From Acidobacteriota bacterium (GTDB lineage Bacteria; Acidobacteriota; Polarisedimenticolia; J045), in assembly GCA_030949985.1 (NCBI GenBank), contig JAUZRX010000027.1, positions 19,536 through 83,535 of the forward strand: DNA of 64,000 bases, in the 5' to 3' direction. The notes beneath the pieces are model-generated. The model worked only from the letters and a program-made list of their open reading frames with translations. It did not search any database and was not told where the DNA came from. A program made the translations under genes and the position numbers. How positions within the stretch are numbered: position 1 is the stretch's first letter; each line of letters starts with the position of its first letter. Below, piece after piece: positions 19,432 to 29,215 of this stretch.

Positions 19432-20298
19432 GTGACCTTCCACCCTGGTGCCTTTCTCGACCTGACCCCCGAGGAGAGCGACCCCGCCGCCGCCCGGGTG
19501 GTCATCGTACCCGTCCCCTACGATGGAACGAGCACCTGGCGCAAGGGCGCCGACCAGGGGCCCGCAGCCCTCCTCGAGGCCTCCGGCGCGATCGAAACGT
19601 GGGACATCGAAACCGGCTGGGAGCCCCACTCGGTGGGCTTCACCACCCGGCCGCCGATCCCCTGTGACACCGATCCCGAGACCCTGGCGGACCGGGTGGA
19701 AGCCGAGGTGAGCGCCATCTTCGAGGAAGATCGCTTCCCGGTGGTCATCGGCGGGGAGCACTCGGTGAGTATCGGCGCGATCCGCGCCGCGGCCCGGCGC
19801 TTCGAGGGCCTGAACGTGCTGCAGATCGATGCGCATGCCGACACCCGCGAAGAGTACGAAGGCTCACGATTCAACCACGCCTGCGTGATGGCCCGGGCCC
19901 GGCAATGGTGCCCCATTTCCCAGGTCGGCCTGCGCTCCGTCGACGTGTCGGAACTGGCCGGGCTGGATCCACGGCGGGTGTGGTACGCCCACGAAATCCT
20001 GGAACGCCCACGGGAAAGCTGGATCCCGGCCGTGGTGGACTCCCTCGGTGAACCGGTCTACCTGACTGTGGACCTCGATGCCTTCGACCCCTCCCTGCTG
20101 CCCGCCACGGGTACCCCCGAGCCCGGCGGCCTGGGCTGGTACGACGTGGTCCGGCTGATCGACGCGGTCGCGCAGGCCCGGCGCATCGTGGCCCTGGACG
20201 TGGTGGAGTTGTGCCCCATGCCGGGCCACAGTGCCAGTGCCTACATCGCCGCGCGCCTGGTCCACCGGGCGCTGGCGGCGATACTGCGCCCCCGCTGA
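19432..20298 (+). CDS. speB: Agmatinase (ureohydrolase family)
   Basis: GGEHSVS, QIDAHADT and DLDAFDP Mn-binding motifs. Sits directly downstream of speA. Confidence 0.9.
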   Translation: MTFHPGAFLDLTPEESDPAAARVVIVPVPYDGTSTWRKGADQGPAALLEASGAIETWDIETGWEPHSVGFTTRPPIPCDTDPETLADRVEAEVSAIFEEDRFPVVIGGEHSVSIGAIRAAARRFEGLNVLQIDAHADTREEYEGSRFNHACVMARARQWCPISQVGLRSVDVSELAGLDPRRVWYAHEILERPRESWIPAVVDSLGEPVYLTVDLDAFDPSLLPATGTPEPGGLGWYDVVRLIDAVAQARRIVALDVVELCPMPGHSASAYIAARLVHRALAAILRPR

Positions 20299-20701
20299 AT
20301 CCGGCGGGCCGCGAGTCGAGCCGGTTGTCGCCGTATCCCCGTGGCGAAGAAACCGCCGAGGTGGCCGCGCCCTCGTCGTCGCCCGCGGGCACGCCTGCCC
20401 GGAAAGCCCCCCCGTCGAAGAGGCGCTGCCTCCTGCCGATACCGGTGGTCCCTGCGAGTGGACCACCGTGCGCCTGCAAACCCGGGCGGAGCCTCTCCCG
20501 GGCCGGGACACGAGTCGAGATCAATCGCCCATTCGCCTTCCAGTATCCTGGCAACGCGCCCTGGCGGCCACGACAAAGCCGGGCACGGTCGCCAGGCCCC
20601 GTTGCTGCGCCGGGAAGATCCCTCTAGGATGGAACCGCCTCGCACCTGCGGGTGCGTGCCCCCCCGCCCTCATCCGGGCTCCGGCCCCGGGATCTTCATC
20701 C

Positions 20702-22891
20702 ATGCTCTCTTGCGTGCCGGGCCGAACCGTCGGAGCCCTCGCCCTGCTGCTGGCGGCCACCGCCTCACCCGCCCGGGCCGGCGATGCGGCGCGGGTGGTG
20801 GCGGGCACGGCGGACGGCAGCGCCATCCGGCTCGACGGCCGCCTCGATGAGCCGGCCTGGGCCGGCGCCGGCGTCATCGCCACGTTGGTTCAGCAGGATC
20901 CCCAACCCGGTCGACCCACCGTCTACGCCACGGAAGTGCGATTGTTGACCGATGAAACCAGTCTCTTCGTCGCCTTCACCTGCCGTGACCCCGATCCCGC
21001 AAAGATCGCCGTCCACACGATGCAAAGGGACGGCGATCTCTACGGCGACGACTCGGTCGCCGTGGTCCTCGAGACCCTCGGCGACCAGCGCCGTGGTTAT
21101 CTCTTCCGCGTCAACGCCGCCGGGGCGCGCCTCGATGGACTGATCTCCGGACCGGAAAGCGTCTCCACCGACTGGGACGGCATCTGGGACGCCCGGGTCC
21201 GGCGGACGGCGGACGGCTGGACCGCGGAGATCCGCATTCCCGCCCAGACCCTACGCTTCACCCCCCACGCGCCCTCCTGGGGATTGAACGTGGAACGCTA
21301 TGTCGCCCGCGACCGGCTCACCTTGCGCTGGACCGCCGCCACCCTCGATGCGCGACTGATCGACCTGCGCCGGGCCGGGCGCCTGGAGGGGGTCGACCGC
21401 CTCCGCCAGGGCCGGGGCGTTTCCATCAGCCCCTACGCCCTGGCGCGTTCCGACCGCGACCTCGCCGCCGACACCAGCCACCTCTCCGGTGATGCAGGGC
21501 TCGACGTGACCTGGAACCTGACCTCCGAGATCTCCGCGGTTCTGACTGTCAATACGGACTTCGCCGAGACCGAGGTGGACACGCGGCAGGTCAACCTGAC
21601 CCGCTTTCCCCTCTTCTTCCCGGAAAAGCGCTCTTTCTTCCTCGAAGGATCGAATCTCTTCTCCTTTGGCAGCGGATTGAGAACCGACTTCATCCCCTTC
21701 TTTTCCCGGCGCATCGGGCTGCACGAAGGACAGCCGGTTCCCATCGACGCGGGAGTCAAGCTGCTCGGCCAGAGCGGACGCTGGGGGGTGGCTCTGCTCG
21801 ACGTCCAGACCGCCTCCACGCCGACCCTTCCCGCCGCCAATCTCTTTGCCGGCCGTGTCACCTTCGACGCCAACGACCACTTGACCCTCGGAACCATCGT
21901 CACCCGGGGAGATCCGGACGGCGCGCGCGATCGTGCCCTCTACGGCGTCGATCTGCTCTGGCAGACCTCGACCTTTCACGGGGACAAGAACTTCTCGGTG
22001 GGTGCCTGGACCGCTCTTTCCCAGGGCGGCGAAGCCCTCGGCAAGCGATCCGGCTGGGGCCTGAAAGTGGACTACCCCAACGACCTTTGGGACGCCTATC
22101 TGCTCTACAAGGAATTCGGTCGGGGTCTCGATCCGGCCCTCGGTTTCTTGCCGCGCCCGGGCACCCGTTGGTACCAAGGCGGCGGCGCCTACCAACCTCG
22201 CCCCACGGGCAAGCGTTTCGGTTGGGTGCGGCAGTTTTTCTTCGAACTCTACGGGGCTCTCGTACTCGACTCCCGGGGTCGTACTGAATCCTGGAAACTG
22301 TTCTCCGCTCCCTTCAACGCCCGTACCGAATCCGGCGAACACATCGAAGCGAACGTCATGCCCCTTTTCGAGCGCCTGGATCAGCCCTTCGAGATCGCTC
22401 CCGGCGTCGTCATCGCCCCCGGCGGCTATTCTTTCACCCGCTACCGTGTCGAGGCCCAGTCATCCCGCCACCGCGCCTGGCAGATCGGCGGGCGGGTCTG
22501 GTTCGGTACTTTCTACGGTGGACGCCTGCGGGAGTACGAGTCCTACTTCCGCTGGACCAGCCCGCGTGGCGCTTTCCAGGTCGAGGCCGAGGCCGAGAAC
22601 AACTTCGGCAGTCTCCCCGCCGGAGACTTCATTCAGCGCCTGTGGCAGCTCAAGCTGGTCTACGCTTTCAACCCGGATCTGCTGCTCTCGAGTTATTTCC
22701 AGTACGACTCCGAATCCCGCAACCTCGGCCTCAACTCCCGCCTGCGCTGGACGCTGCGCCCGGGCAACGAACTCTACGTGGTCTGGAACCACGACTGGGA
22801 GCACCCCGCCGGCCAGGTCGGCACCCTGGCGCTGCGCCCCGTACGCGATCAACTGTCGGTCAAGCTGCGCTGGACCTTCCGGCCCCTCTGA
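20702..22891 (+). CDS. Secreted CBM9-like / DUF5916-like protein
   Basis: ATG at 20702 gives the signal peptide MLSCVPGRTVGALALLLAATASPARA. AIRLDGRLDEPAWAGAG is typical of family-9-like carbohydrate-binding modules. The long beta-rich C-terminus ends WTFRPL. The DUF name is from memory. Confidence 0.55.
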   Translation: MLSCVPGRTVGALALLLAATASPARAGDAARVVAGTADGSAIRLDGRLDEPAWAGAGVIATLVQQDPQPGRPTVYATEVRLLTDETSLFVAFTCRDPDPAKIAVHTMQRDGDLYGDDSVAVVLETLGDQRRGYLFRVNAAGARLDGLISGPESVSTDWDGIWDARVRRTADGWTAEIRIPAQTLRFTPHAPSWGLNVERYVARDRLTLRWTAATLDARLIDLRRAGRLEGVDRLRQGRGVSISPYALARSDRDLAADTSHLSGDAGLDVTWNLTSEISAVLTVNTDFAETEVDTRQVNLTRFPLFFPEKRSFFLEGSNLFSFGSGLRTDFIPFFSRRIGLHEGQPVPIDAGVKLLGQSGRWGVALLDVQTASTPTLPAANLFAGRVTFDANDHLTLGTIVTRGDPDGARDRALYGVDLLWQTSTFHGDKNFSVGAWTALSQGGEALGKRSGWGLKVDYPNDLWDAYLLYKEFGRGLDPALGFLPRPGTRWYQGGGAYQPRPTGKRFGWVRQFFFELYGALVLDSRGRTESWKLFSAPFNARTESGEHIEANVMPLFERLDQPFEIAPGVVIAPGGYSFTRYRVEAQSSRHRAWQIGGRVWFGTFYGGRLREYESYFRWTSPRGAFQVEAEAENNFGSLPAGDFIQRLWQLKLVYAFNPDLLLSSYFQYDSESRNLGLNSRLRWTLRPGNELYVVWNHDWEHPAGQVGTLALRPVRDQLSVKLRWTFRPL

Positions 22892-23008
22892 CCCGCGCAG
22901 ATCGGACCGGGGACCATCGCCGGTCCGCCGCCGTCCGCGCCCGACGCCGACTCCGGTCGGTCGATCGACCGAGTCTCCCCGCACCAAAAAGACCCCGGCA
23001 GCGGGCAG

Positions 23009-23815
23009 CTAGCGATGGCACTGGATGCAGAGCACCCAGCTCGATGCGGCGACAAGCAGTTTCCGGTGGCTCGATCCATGGGGCCGGTGGCAACTCGTAC
23101 AACCGAAGGGACGACCCTCCCGACGGGGGTCATCGCCACCGCCGACCGGGTGCTTGAGTACGGGATGATCGCGGCCCTCGGCGGAGAGCGGCACCCGCGG
23201 CGCCTGCTCGAGAAGCTGCCCGGGCAACTCGTGGCCGGCGAAGACCGCCTCCGGCGCGCTGGTCGCTCCCGCGGTCGGTACATGGCACGCCTCGCACAGG
23301 GCGTTTGCCGGAGCCCTCAGGAGGGCCGGCGCATGGCCTCCGTGGGGCATGTGGCAAGCCGTGCAACCATCGACTGTCAGCGGCGCATGGCCGACCGGCA
23401 GGTTCAGGTCCACGCCCTGATCCTCGTGGCACGCGGTGCACAATGCGTTGACCGGCTCGAGCAGCAGGCGCGGCTGGTTCGACGTGTGCGGGTCGTGGCA
23501 GTCGATGCAACTGCCCATTTCCAGGGCCTCGTGGGGGAAGTCCATGCCATCGGTCGGGTCGTCATGGCAGGCCAGGCAGAGTTCGGTGATTTCATCAGCC
23601 ACCAGGCCGATGTCGTGCTCTTCGGCATCACCCGTGTGGCAGCTGTCACAGCCGAAATCCCTGACGGCGGCATGCACTACCTTGCCCTCGTTCTTGTCGT
23701 CATGACAATCGACGCACTCCTGGCCCACGACCGGAAAGAAGCCCGCGCTCGTCAACGCCACGCCGGCGGCGAGCAACACGAGATTCGAAAAGAACGATTG
23801 TCGTCGACTCGGCAT
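23009..23815 (-). CDS. Multihaem c-type cytochrome, 9 CxxCH motifs, N-terminal signal/anchor
   Basis: CVDCH, CDSCH, CLACH, CIDCH, CTACH x2, CEACH, CTSCH, CIQCH. ATG at 23815 preceded by GAGGAG. Hydrophobic N-terminus FFSNLVLLAAGVALTSAGFF. Confidence 0.85.
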   Translation of the reverse strand: MPSRRQSFFSNLVLLAAGVALTSAGFFPVVGQECVDCHDDKNEGKVVHAAVRDFGCDSCHTGDAEEHDIGLVADEITELCLACHDDPTDGMDFPHEALEMGSCIDCHDPHTSNQPRLLLEPVNALCTACHEDQGVDLNLPVGHAPLTVDGCTACHMPHGGHAPALLRAPANALCEACHVPTAGATSAPEAVFAGHELPGQLLEQAPRVPLSAEGRDHPVLKHPVGGGDDPRREGRPFGCTSCHRPHGSSHRKLLVAASSWVLCIQCHR

Positions 23816-23826
23816 CAGACGACTCC

Positions 23827-25593
23827 TCAGTAGCCCTTGGGGTTGTGGTTCTTGCCGTGACAGGTGAGATAACAACGCCCCTTGAATGTTCCCTGGTCTT
23901 CGAAACGCAGGATTCCGGAGGAAGAAGGCGTCACATAGTCCGTATCGAAATTGATCAGGTGTGAATTGTTCGTCGCGTTGCCCTGGGTGGCGGAAACACC
24001 ATGGGGATCGTGACAGACGAGACACGAAGTGTTTTCACCGTCAATATGCTTGCGGTGCTCCTTGAAGCTGTTGTCGCCCATGATGCTCGCCCGATCGTGG
24101 CACTTGAAGCACATCGCGTACATGGCGTCGAAGTTGGTGCCCGTGTTGTTGATTCCGCGGTCGAGTCGCCGCTCCAGGATCGGGTGGTAGATCGAGCCAT
24201 GGGGCCCATTGGGGCCGCCGCCCCCCGCCCCCGGGCCGCTCTCGTTGTTGTGGCAATCGGTGCAGCGCAAGATGCTGCTGGTTGTCCATCCCGGCAACAG
24301 GCTCGGAACGTCCGCGTTCGCGCCCGCCGCCTCGACCGCATGGTGGGAGGGATTTCCGGGGTCGAATTCCAGCCGCACGTTGAACTGCACGATCTGTCGC
24401 GCCGAGTAGGGCGGGTTGGGAAGGCCCGATTCCTGTGGCTTGTTCGCACTGTCAGCGTGGCACTTGTAGCAGATTTCGTACTCGTATTGGGCCGGATCGA
24501 CCTTGGCCCCGGCGGAATCGATGCCCCAGACGCCGCTCAGGGCGCCGGTCACCCCGCCCGGCGTCGAAGCGGCCTGGTCGAAACTCGCGTGGGGATTGTG
24601 GCAGTCCTGGCATTCCGCGTGCCGGCTGGCGCCCGGGGAAATCTCCGGCAGGGGATAGGAAGGGTCGTTCGGCTCCTCAGAGGCATCGTGCACGGAAGGC
24701 GTCGTGGAAAACGTCGGATGGGAAGCCGCCTTCGAGAACTCCGAGACGATGTCCACCGCCGCCACCGATCCATCGTGGCATGCGGCGCAGGTCTGTTCTT
24801 CGACTTCCTTCAGCAGCCGCTGGGGTTCGTTCCCGGAATGGGGCCGGTGACACGATTCGCAGCCGTTGTCGGCAACCGTCGAGTAGCCGGTGTGAGCGCC
24901 GTCCAGGGACGTATAGCTCGCCGCAGAAGACTGGTGTGCCGATGGGTTTGTCGACCAGTAGTCGGGCTGGTGGCAGGTCAGGCAGAGGGCGGACGCCCGG
25001 TTCTGCTTGACGAGGAATTTGCGGGTCACCGGGTCGTTGTCTTCGCTGTGGGCGTCGTGACAAGCAGTGCACTGGATCTTCCCGGCGGAGTCGAGTTCCA
25101 CCGCGTCGCCTCCGGGAGGATCCGTCACGTCCGTGCTCGCGCCGCTACGCTGGAAGGAGACCGGGTGATCGTCAGTGAGATCGACCCCCAGGTTCGAGTT
25201 CCCTGCCGGCATCTTTCCGCCCGCGCCCGCTCCGCTCAGCGCGATCAATCCGTTGTTCACCGTCTGCCCCAAAGCCACCGTGCCGTCATGACAGCTCAGA
25301 CAGAGCTTGGAACTGCCGTCCGGGTTGCCGATCGGCGTCGACGCATCGAGAGTGGTGCTCGTGTAGGTGCTGTAGCCCGCCGTGGAAGTTTGATGGTTCC
25401 ACAGTGGCACCGCTGGATTGGCGTTGTGCGGAGTATGGCAGAAGATGCAGATGCGGTCCTCGGTATCCGCCGTGATCGATCCCGGGCCGGTGACCGAGAG
25501 ATTGTGCTTGCTCGACGCGATATCGCCGGCCGGCACGAGAGTCGTTGTCAGCAAGACGCAAGCAGCGATGACCGAAGGGCGCCAACCTATCAT
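23827..25593 (-). CDS. Large multihaem c-type cytochrome, 11 CxxCH plus 1 CxxxCH, KHNLS-type (doubled-CXXCH-like) N-terminal module
   Basis: CIFCH, CLSCH, CTACH, CLTCH, CESCH, CAACH, CQDCH, CYKCH, CTDCH, CFKCH, CLVCH, CYLTCH. SSKHNLS...CIFCHTPH...PLWNH. ATG at 25593 overlaps the stop of the upstream NHL gene (ATGA). Confidence 0.85.
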   Translation of the reverse strand: MIGWRPSVIAACVLLTTTLVPAGDIASSKHNLSVTGPGSITADTEDRICIFCHTPHNANPAVPLWNHQTSTAGYSTYTSTTLDASTPIGNPDGSSKLCLSCHDGTVALGQTVNNGLIALSGAGAGGKMPAGNSNLGVDLTDDHPVSFQRSGASTDVTDPPGGDAVELDSAGKIQCTACHDAHSEDNDPVTRKFLVKQNRASALCLTCHQPDYWSTNPSAHQSSAASYTSLDGAHTGYSTVADNGCESCHRPHSGNEPQRLLKEVEEQTCAACHDGSVAAVDIVSEFSKAASHPTFSTTPSVHDASEEPNDPSYPLPEISPGASRHAECQDCHNPHASFDQAASTPGGVTGALSGVWGIDSAGAKVDPAQYEYEICYKCHADSANKPQESGLPNPPYSARQIVQFNVRLEFDPGNPSHHAVEAAGANADVPSLLPGWTTSSILRCTDCHNNESGPGAGGGGPNGPHGSIYHPILERRLDRGINNTGTNFDAMYAMCFKCHDRASIMGDNSFKEHRKHIDGENTSCLVCHDPHGVSATQGNATNNSHLINFDTDYVTPSSSGILRFEDQGTFKGRCYLTCHGKNHNPKGY

Positions 25594-26666
25594 GCCCCAT
25601 CCCCCTCGGAGCCGATGAAACGAAACACTTGCAAACGGTGATTGGCGGAATCCGCGACGTAGATCCGGTCTCCCTGGTCGATGCAGATCCCGGCGGGCAG
25701 CCACACCTCTCCCGCACCGGATCCGCCACGGCTGAAACCAGTCAGCAGCCTTCCATCCTCGTCGAAGACCTGGATCACATCCTGGAGGGCGTCGACCACG
25801 TAGAGGTGCCCGGCGCTGTCAACCGCAAGACCTTTGATCTTGTCGAAGGCGCCCGGCCCCCGGCCGGCGTGACCGATGGCGCGAATGAACGCGCCTTCCG
25901 CCGTGAAGACCTGCACGCGGAAGTTCAACACGTCGGCGACATAGATCCGGCCTCCCGGTCCCACGGTGACCGATGCGGGAAAGTTGAATTCTCCCTCGCC
26001 GGTACCCCGACCTCCCAGGGTCATGACACGGCGCCCCCGCCGGTCGAAGGCCAGCACACGGTGGGCGAGGGTATCGACCACCAGCAATCGCTCTCCATGA
26101 CGATCGAAGGCCAGCCCCGTGGGCCGTTCGAATTCGGCATCCGGGGCCAGGTCCCGCACGAAGCGTCCCGTCCGGGCGTCGAAAACCAGCACTCTCCCCG
26201 CCGCCGAATCGGACGCGAAGAGCCATCCGTCACCGTCGAGGGCCACTGCCACCGGCGAGATCAGCGGAACCTTGCCACCGGCGAGTAGACGTCTATAGCG
26301 GCGCTTGCCCCGATCGAAGATATGAAGGCTGCGGGCGTCGGGATCGGCCACCACCAACCGCTCGCCGTCGATCGCCACGGCCAGCGGCCGGGCCAGTCCA
26401 TGTCGTTGACGACCGTGCAACATCCAACCCAGAAAACGGCGCATCGCGCTGCCGCCCAGGCCGAGATCCCGCGGCGTACGGATTTCCTGCAAGTACTCGA
26501 TCCGCGGCGGAGCGGGGGGCGGAGGCCAGACGATTCGCTCCGGAGTCGCGATGGGAGCGTGGTGGCAGGACGTGGCCGCCAGGGCGACCGTCACCAGCAG
26601 CAAGGCCATTGCGACAGGCCGCGACCCGCGCGTAATCTCGACCCGTCTCCATACCGGACGAAGCAT
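25590..26666 (-). CDS. NHL-repeat six-bladed beta-propeller protein, lipoprotein-like N-terminus (NHL-2)
   Basis: Repeated units of the form G.(I/L)YV.D..N.R(V/I).VF. MLRPVWRRVEITRGSRPVAMALLLVTVALAATSC contains a lipobox-like ATSC. ATG at 26666. Confidence 0.8.
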   Translation of the reverse strand: MLRPVWRRVEITRGSRPVAMALLLVTVALAATSCHHAPIATPERIVWPPPPAPPRIEYLQEIRTPRDLGLGGSAMRRFLGWMLHGRQRHGLARPLAVAIDGERLVVADPDARSLHIFDRGKRRYRRLLAGGKVPLISPVAVALDGDGWLFASDSAAGRVLVFDARTGRFVRDLAPDAEFERPTGLAFDRHGERLLVVDTLAHRVLAFDRRGRRVMTLGGRGTGEGEFNFPASVTVGPGGRIYVADVLNFRVQVFTAEGAFIRAIGHAGRGPGAFDKIKGLAVDSAGHLYVVDALQDVIQVFDEDGRLLTGFSRGGSGAGEVWLPAGICIDQGDRIYVADSANHRLQVFRFIGSEGDGA

Positions 26667-26680
26667 CTCTGTCGTCACCC

Positions 26681-28489
26681 TCAAGAGAAGCGCCGCGAAA
26701 TGCGAATCAGCCACGTGTCGTCCGAGAAGCTCGTGCTGTTGTCCCGGGAGTAGTGGGCATAGCCGGCGGAAAAGCGCCAGACCGCGTAACTCCACTCGAC
26801 CTCCGGGTGCCAGCTTACGATCCGCTCATCACCGATGCTCGAAAAGGTCCGGTCCTCCACCCGTGCCTGCAGCCGCAGACTCAAGCGCGAACGCAGCCTG
26901 CAATGTCCGCCCACGACCAGCACATCCGCCCTGTTGACCAGGTCGTTCCCCGGGAGAAAGGGCGACCCGCCCGCCGGGTCGGGGATGAAATCCGAGACTC
27001 CATCCCGCTGGCTGTAGGTCACCGTCAGTCCCCCTCGATGGCCCGACAGGGAGGCCTCGAGGCCGGTTTCCCGGCTGTTCTGGAGTCCGAAATCGAAGGT
27101 GTCCCGATTACGGTCCACGTAAAATACCGCCGCCCGGCCCCGGAGTCCGCGCCGTATTCCCCCCTCGAGGCCCACAGTGGCCCGGACCTCGTCGAGGGAG
27201 TAGCCCACGCCGGTGACGTCGTTCTCGTCGTTGCTGTAACTCGCCTCGGCGAAGAAGTCCATCGCGGCGCCCAGGGGCAGCCGAAAATCGCCCCCCAGGT
27301 TGAAATGGCTCAAACGGCGCTCTTCCCCGTCGCCAAAGCGGGTCTTGGTCACGCCGATCCCTACCGATCCACTCACCGAGGCGCCTCCCACCCGGCCGTG
27401 GAAGCGCGCCCCCAGGCCACCGCCGAGAAGATCCTCACCCCGCTCACCGTCCCTCGTGCGGGTATCGAGCCGCCCGCCACTGAGCTGGTTGGTAATCTCC
27501 CAGTGCGTTCCCGCACGCACCCTCGTTGCGAAACGAAGGTGGTGACTCGTCGAGTCGACGAAACGGCCGTCGTTACTGCTGTAGTCGTAGCTGACGTTCC
27601 ACCCGAAGCGATCCCGGCGGGGATGGTCATAGACGGTGCTGACGCGTTGAATCGTCAGGCTGTCGGTTTGCCCCGTCGAAAAGCGGGCGTCCGACAGGGT
27701 GTGGAAAACAGTAGTGATGAGGGTGGAGTCGTCCGAGAAGCGCCTGCGTTCACTGAGAGAGAAGTCCTTGCGATCGAAGAGGGATCCCAACAAGAGCTCC
27801 TCCTGCCGGCTTCCGCTGTACCGCACGGTGAAGTCGTTGTTCCTTCCCCGGTTGCGGTACTCGAGCAGGGTGTGGCGCCTGCGTTCGGCCAGGGAAACCG
27901 GGGACGTCAGGTCGTAGGAAGAGCGGTCGTACTGGGCCCGGATGTTCTGATCACCACGCAGGTTGAGCGACCACTCGGCTCCCCAGGAAGCCGTCTGGCG
28001 GTCGCTGCTGGCCAGGGACAGCGCCGCCACGTCGGTAGTGGATTTTCGGGCGTGCAGCCTGAGCGGAAAGGAACGGGCGGGAAAGAAGGTCACCGCCGCA
28101 CGGTAGCCCAGTGTGTCGGAATCCTCGGCGCCGGAGGTCGCGCTGCGGTCCGTGCGAAACATGTCCAGACCGAGATTGTAACGGGCGAAACGATAGTCCC
28201 AGATCGACCCGGCCAAGTCGAGGGAGTATTTCTGACGAAATGCCCTGGAAGAGGCCGAGGTCGCGGCCGAAGTGCTGGCGCTGCGATACAACTCCCAATC
28301 CGCCGAGCCGCTGATGTCGAAGAAGTTGATGTTGTCGGGCTCGTCGTCGACCTGGGCCAGGCAGGGCCCATGCTGCCCCAAGGTAAAAAGAGCAAGGCTG
28401 AATAACAGGAGGACCCCCCCCGGGAGTCCGGGAACAGAGGGAGTTGTTCCCGGACTGCACGGAGATCCCGACTTCACCTCGCCCACCAT
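26681..28489 (-). CDS. Predicted outer-membrane beta-barrel protein (~600 aa), porin-like candidate
   Basis: Hydrophobic signal-like segment GGVLLLFSLALFTLGQHGPCLAQ. Abundant alternating polar/hydrophobic stretches (TVTYSQRDG, LSLRLQARV, WRFSAGYAHY). C-terminus TWLIRISRRFS. The start is ATG 28489 or GTG 28507. No recognisable enzyme motif. Confidence 0.55.
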   Translation of the reverse strand: MVGEVKSGSPCSPGTTPSVPGLPGGVLLLFSLALFTLGQHGPCLAQVDDEPDNINFFDISGSADWELYRSASTSAATSASSRAFRQKYSLDLAGSIWDYRFARYNLGLDMFRTDRSATSGAEDSDTLGYRAAVTFFPARSFPLRLHARKSTTDVAALSLASSDRQTASWGAEWSLNLRGDQNIRAQYDRSSYDLTSPVSLAERRRHTLLEYRNRGRNNDFTVRYSGSRQEELLLGSLFDRKDFSLSERRRFSDDSTLITTVFHTLSDARFSTGQTDSLTIQRVSTVYDHPRRDRFGWNVSYDYSSNDGRFVDSTSHHLRFATRVRAGTHWEITNQLSGGRLDTRTRDGERGEDLLGGGLGARFHGRVGGASVSGSVGIGVTKTRFGDGEERRLSHFNLGGDFRLPLGAAMDFFAEASYSNDENDVTGVGYSLDEVRATVGLEGGIRRGLRGRAAVFYVDRNRDTFDFGLQNSRETGLEASLSGHRGGLTVTYSQRDGVSDFIPDPAGGSPFLPGNDLVNRADVLVVGGHCRLRSRLSLRLQARVEDRTFSSIGDERIVSWHPEVEWSYAVWRFSAGYAHYSRDNSTSFSDDTWLIRISRRFS

Positions 28490-28491
28490 CC

Positions 28492-29193
28492 CTACTTCAC
28501 GTGACACGTCGAGCAGAGTTGGCTGCCCGCGTTGGACTTGGTGAGAAACGGCTCATTGGTGTTGTCATGGGGGTCGTGACAACTGGCGCATTGAACCTTG
28601 CCGCCGAAAAGGGGAACAGTGTGGGCGGCGTCCACGTAGGACGTGGAATCCGGTGTGGCGAGTTCACCGTCCGCGGTGGCCAGGGCGGCGTCATAGGTGA
28701 AATTGACGGGATGGTCGTCGCTCAGGCTCGTACCCATGTTGGTCGGACGGCCGGACTGAATGCGACCGGAGGCGTCGAGTTCCGTTCCCGAACCCATGGT
28801 GGGATTGGCGCCGGTGTCGTTGGCCGGGTTGCCAAGGTCGTTGACCCCCACCGTGCCATCGTGGCAGCTCATGCAAAGATTCGAGACATCCGTGCCGCCG
28901 CCGATATCGGTCACGTCGCTGGCGTCGAGTGTCGACGACGTGTAGACCCCGTAGGACGCCGTGGAAGACTGGGTGTGGTTCCACAGCGGAGCCGCCGGAC
29001 TCGCCTGGTGCGGCGTATGACAGAAGACGCAGATCTGGTCCTCGTTGGTGGACTTGTCGGTGATCTGGTCGGCACCCGCGGTGGACGAAAGGTTGTGCTT
29101 CGTATCCACGACGCTCGACTGGGCCCCGACCCACGTGACACCGGCGACGAGGACGAGAGAGATCAAGGCGAGAGGAAGCATGATGCGTTTCAT
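28492..29193 (-). CDS. Tetrahaem c-type cytochrome, KHNLS-type module, secreted
   Basis: MKRIMLPLALISLVLVAGVTWVGAQ signal peptide. CVFCH, CMSCH, CASCH, CSTCH. ATG at 29193 preceded by GGAAGGAGA. Paralogous to the N-terminal ~230 aa of the cytochrome at 23827..25593. Confidence 0.85.
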   Translation of the reverse strand: MKRIMLPLALISLVLVAGVTWVGAQSSVVDTKHNLSSTAGADQITDKSTNEDQICVFCHTPHQASPAAPLWNHTQSSTASYGVYTSSTLDASDVTDIGGGTDVSNLCMSCHDGTVGVNDLGNPANDTGANPTMGSGTELDASGRIQSGRPTNMGTSLSDDHPVNFTYDAALATADGELATPDSTSYVDAAHTVPLFGGKVQCASCHDPHDNTNEPFLTKSNAGSQLCSTCHVK

Positions 29194-29215
29194 GGATGTG
29201 TCTCCTTCCCTGCTT

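Noticed and set aside
20416-20442. GCCGATAC as a sigma-28 -10 element in the speB-downstream gap
   Set aside because: The -35 position 11 nt upstream (CGAAGAGG) matches only 3/8 of TAAAGTTT, and the downstream gene is not motility-related. Probably a chance match.
22904-22926. Hairpin GGACCGG-N9-CCGGTCC between the convergent DUF5916-like and cytochrome genes as a terminator
   Set aside because: The stem is real but there is no U-run on either side. It cannot be distinguished from chance GC-rich pairing.
24001-25641. 546-aa plus-strand ORF
   Set aside because: Antisense to the 12-haem cytochrome gene. The minus-strand product has 12 haem motifs and a signal peptide, while the plus-strand product has nothing recognisable.
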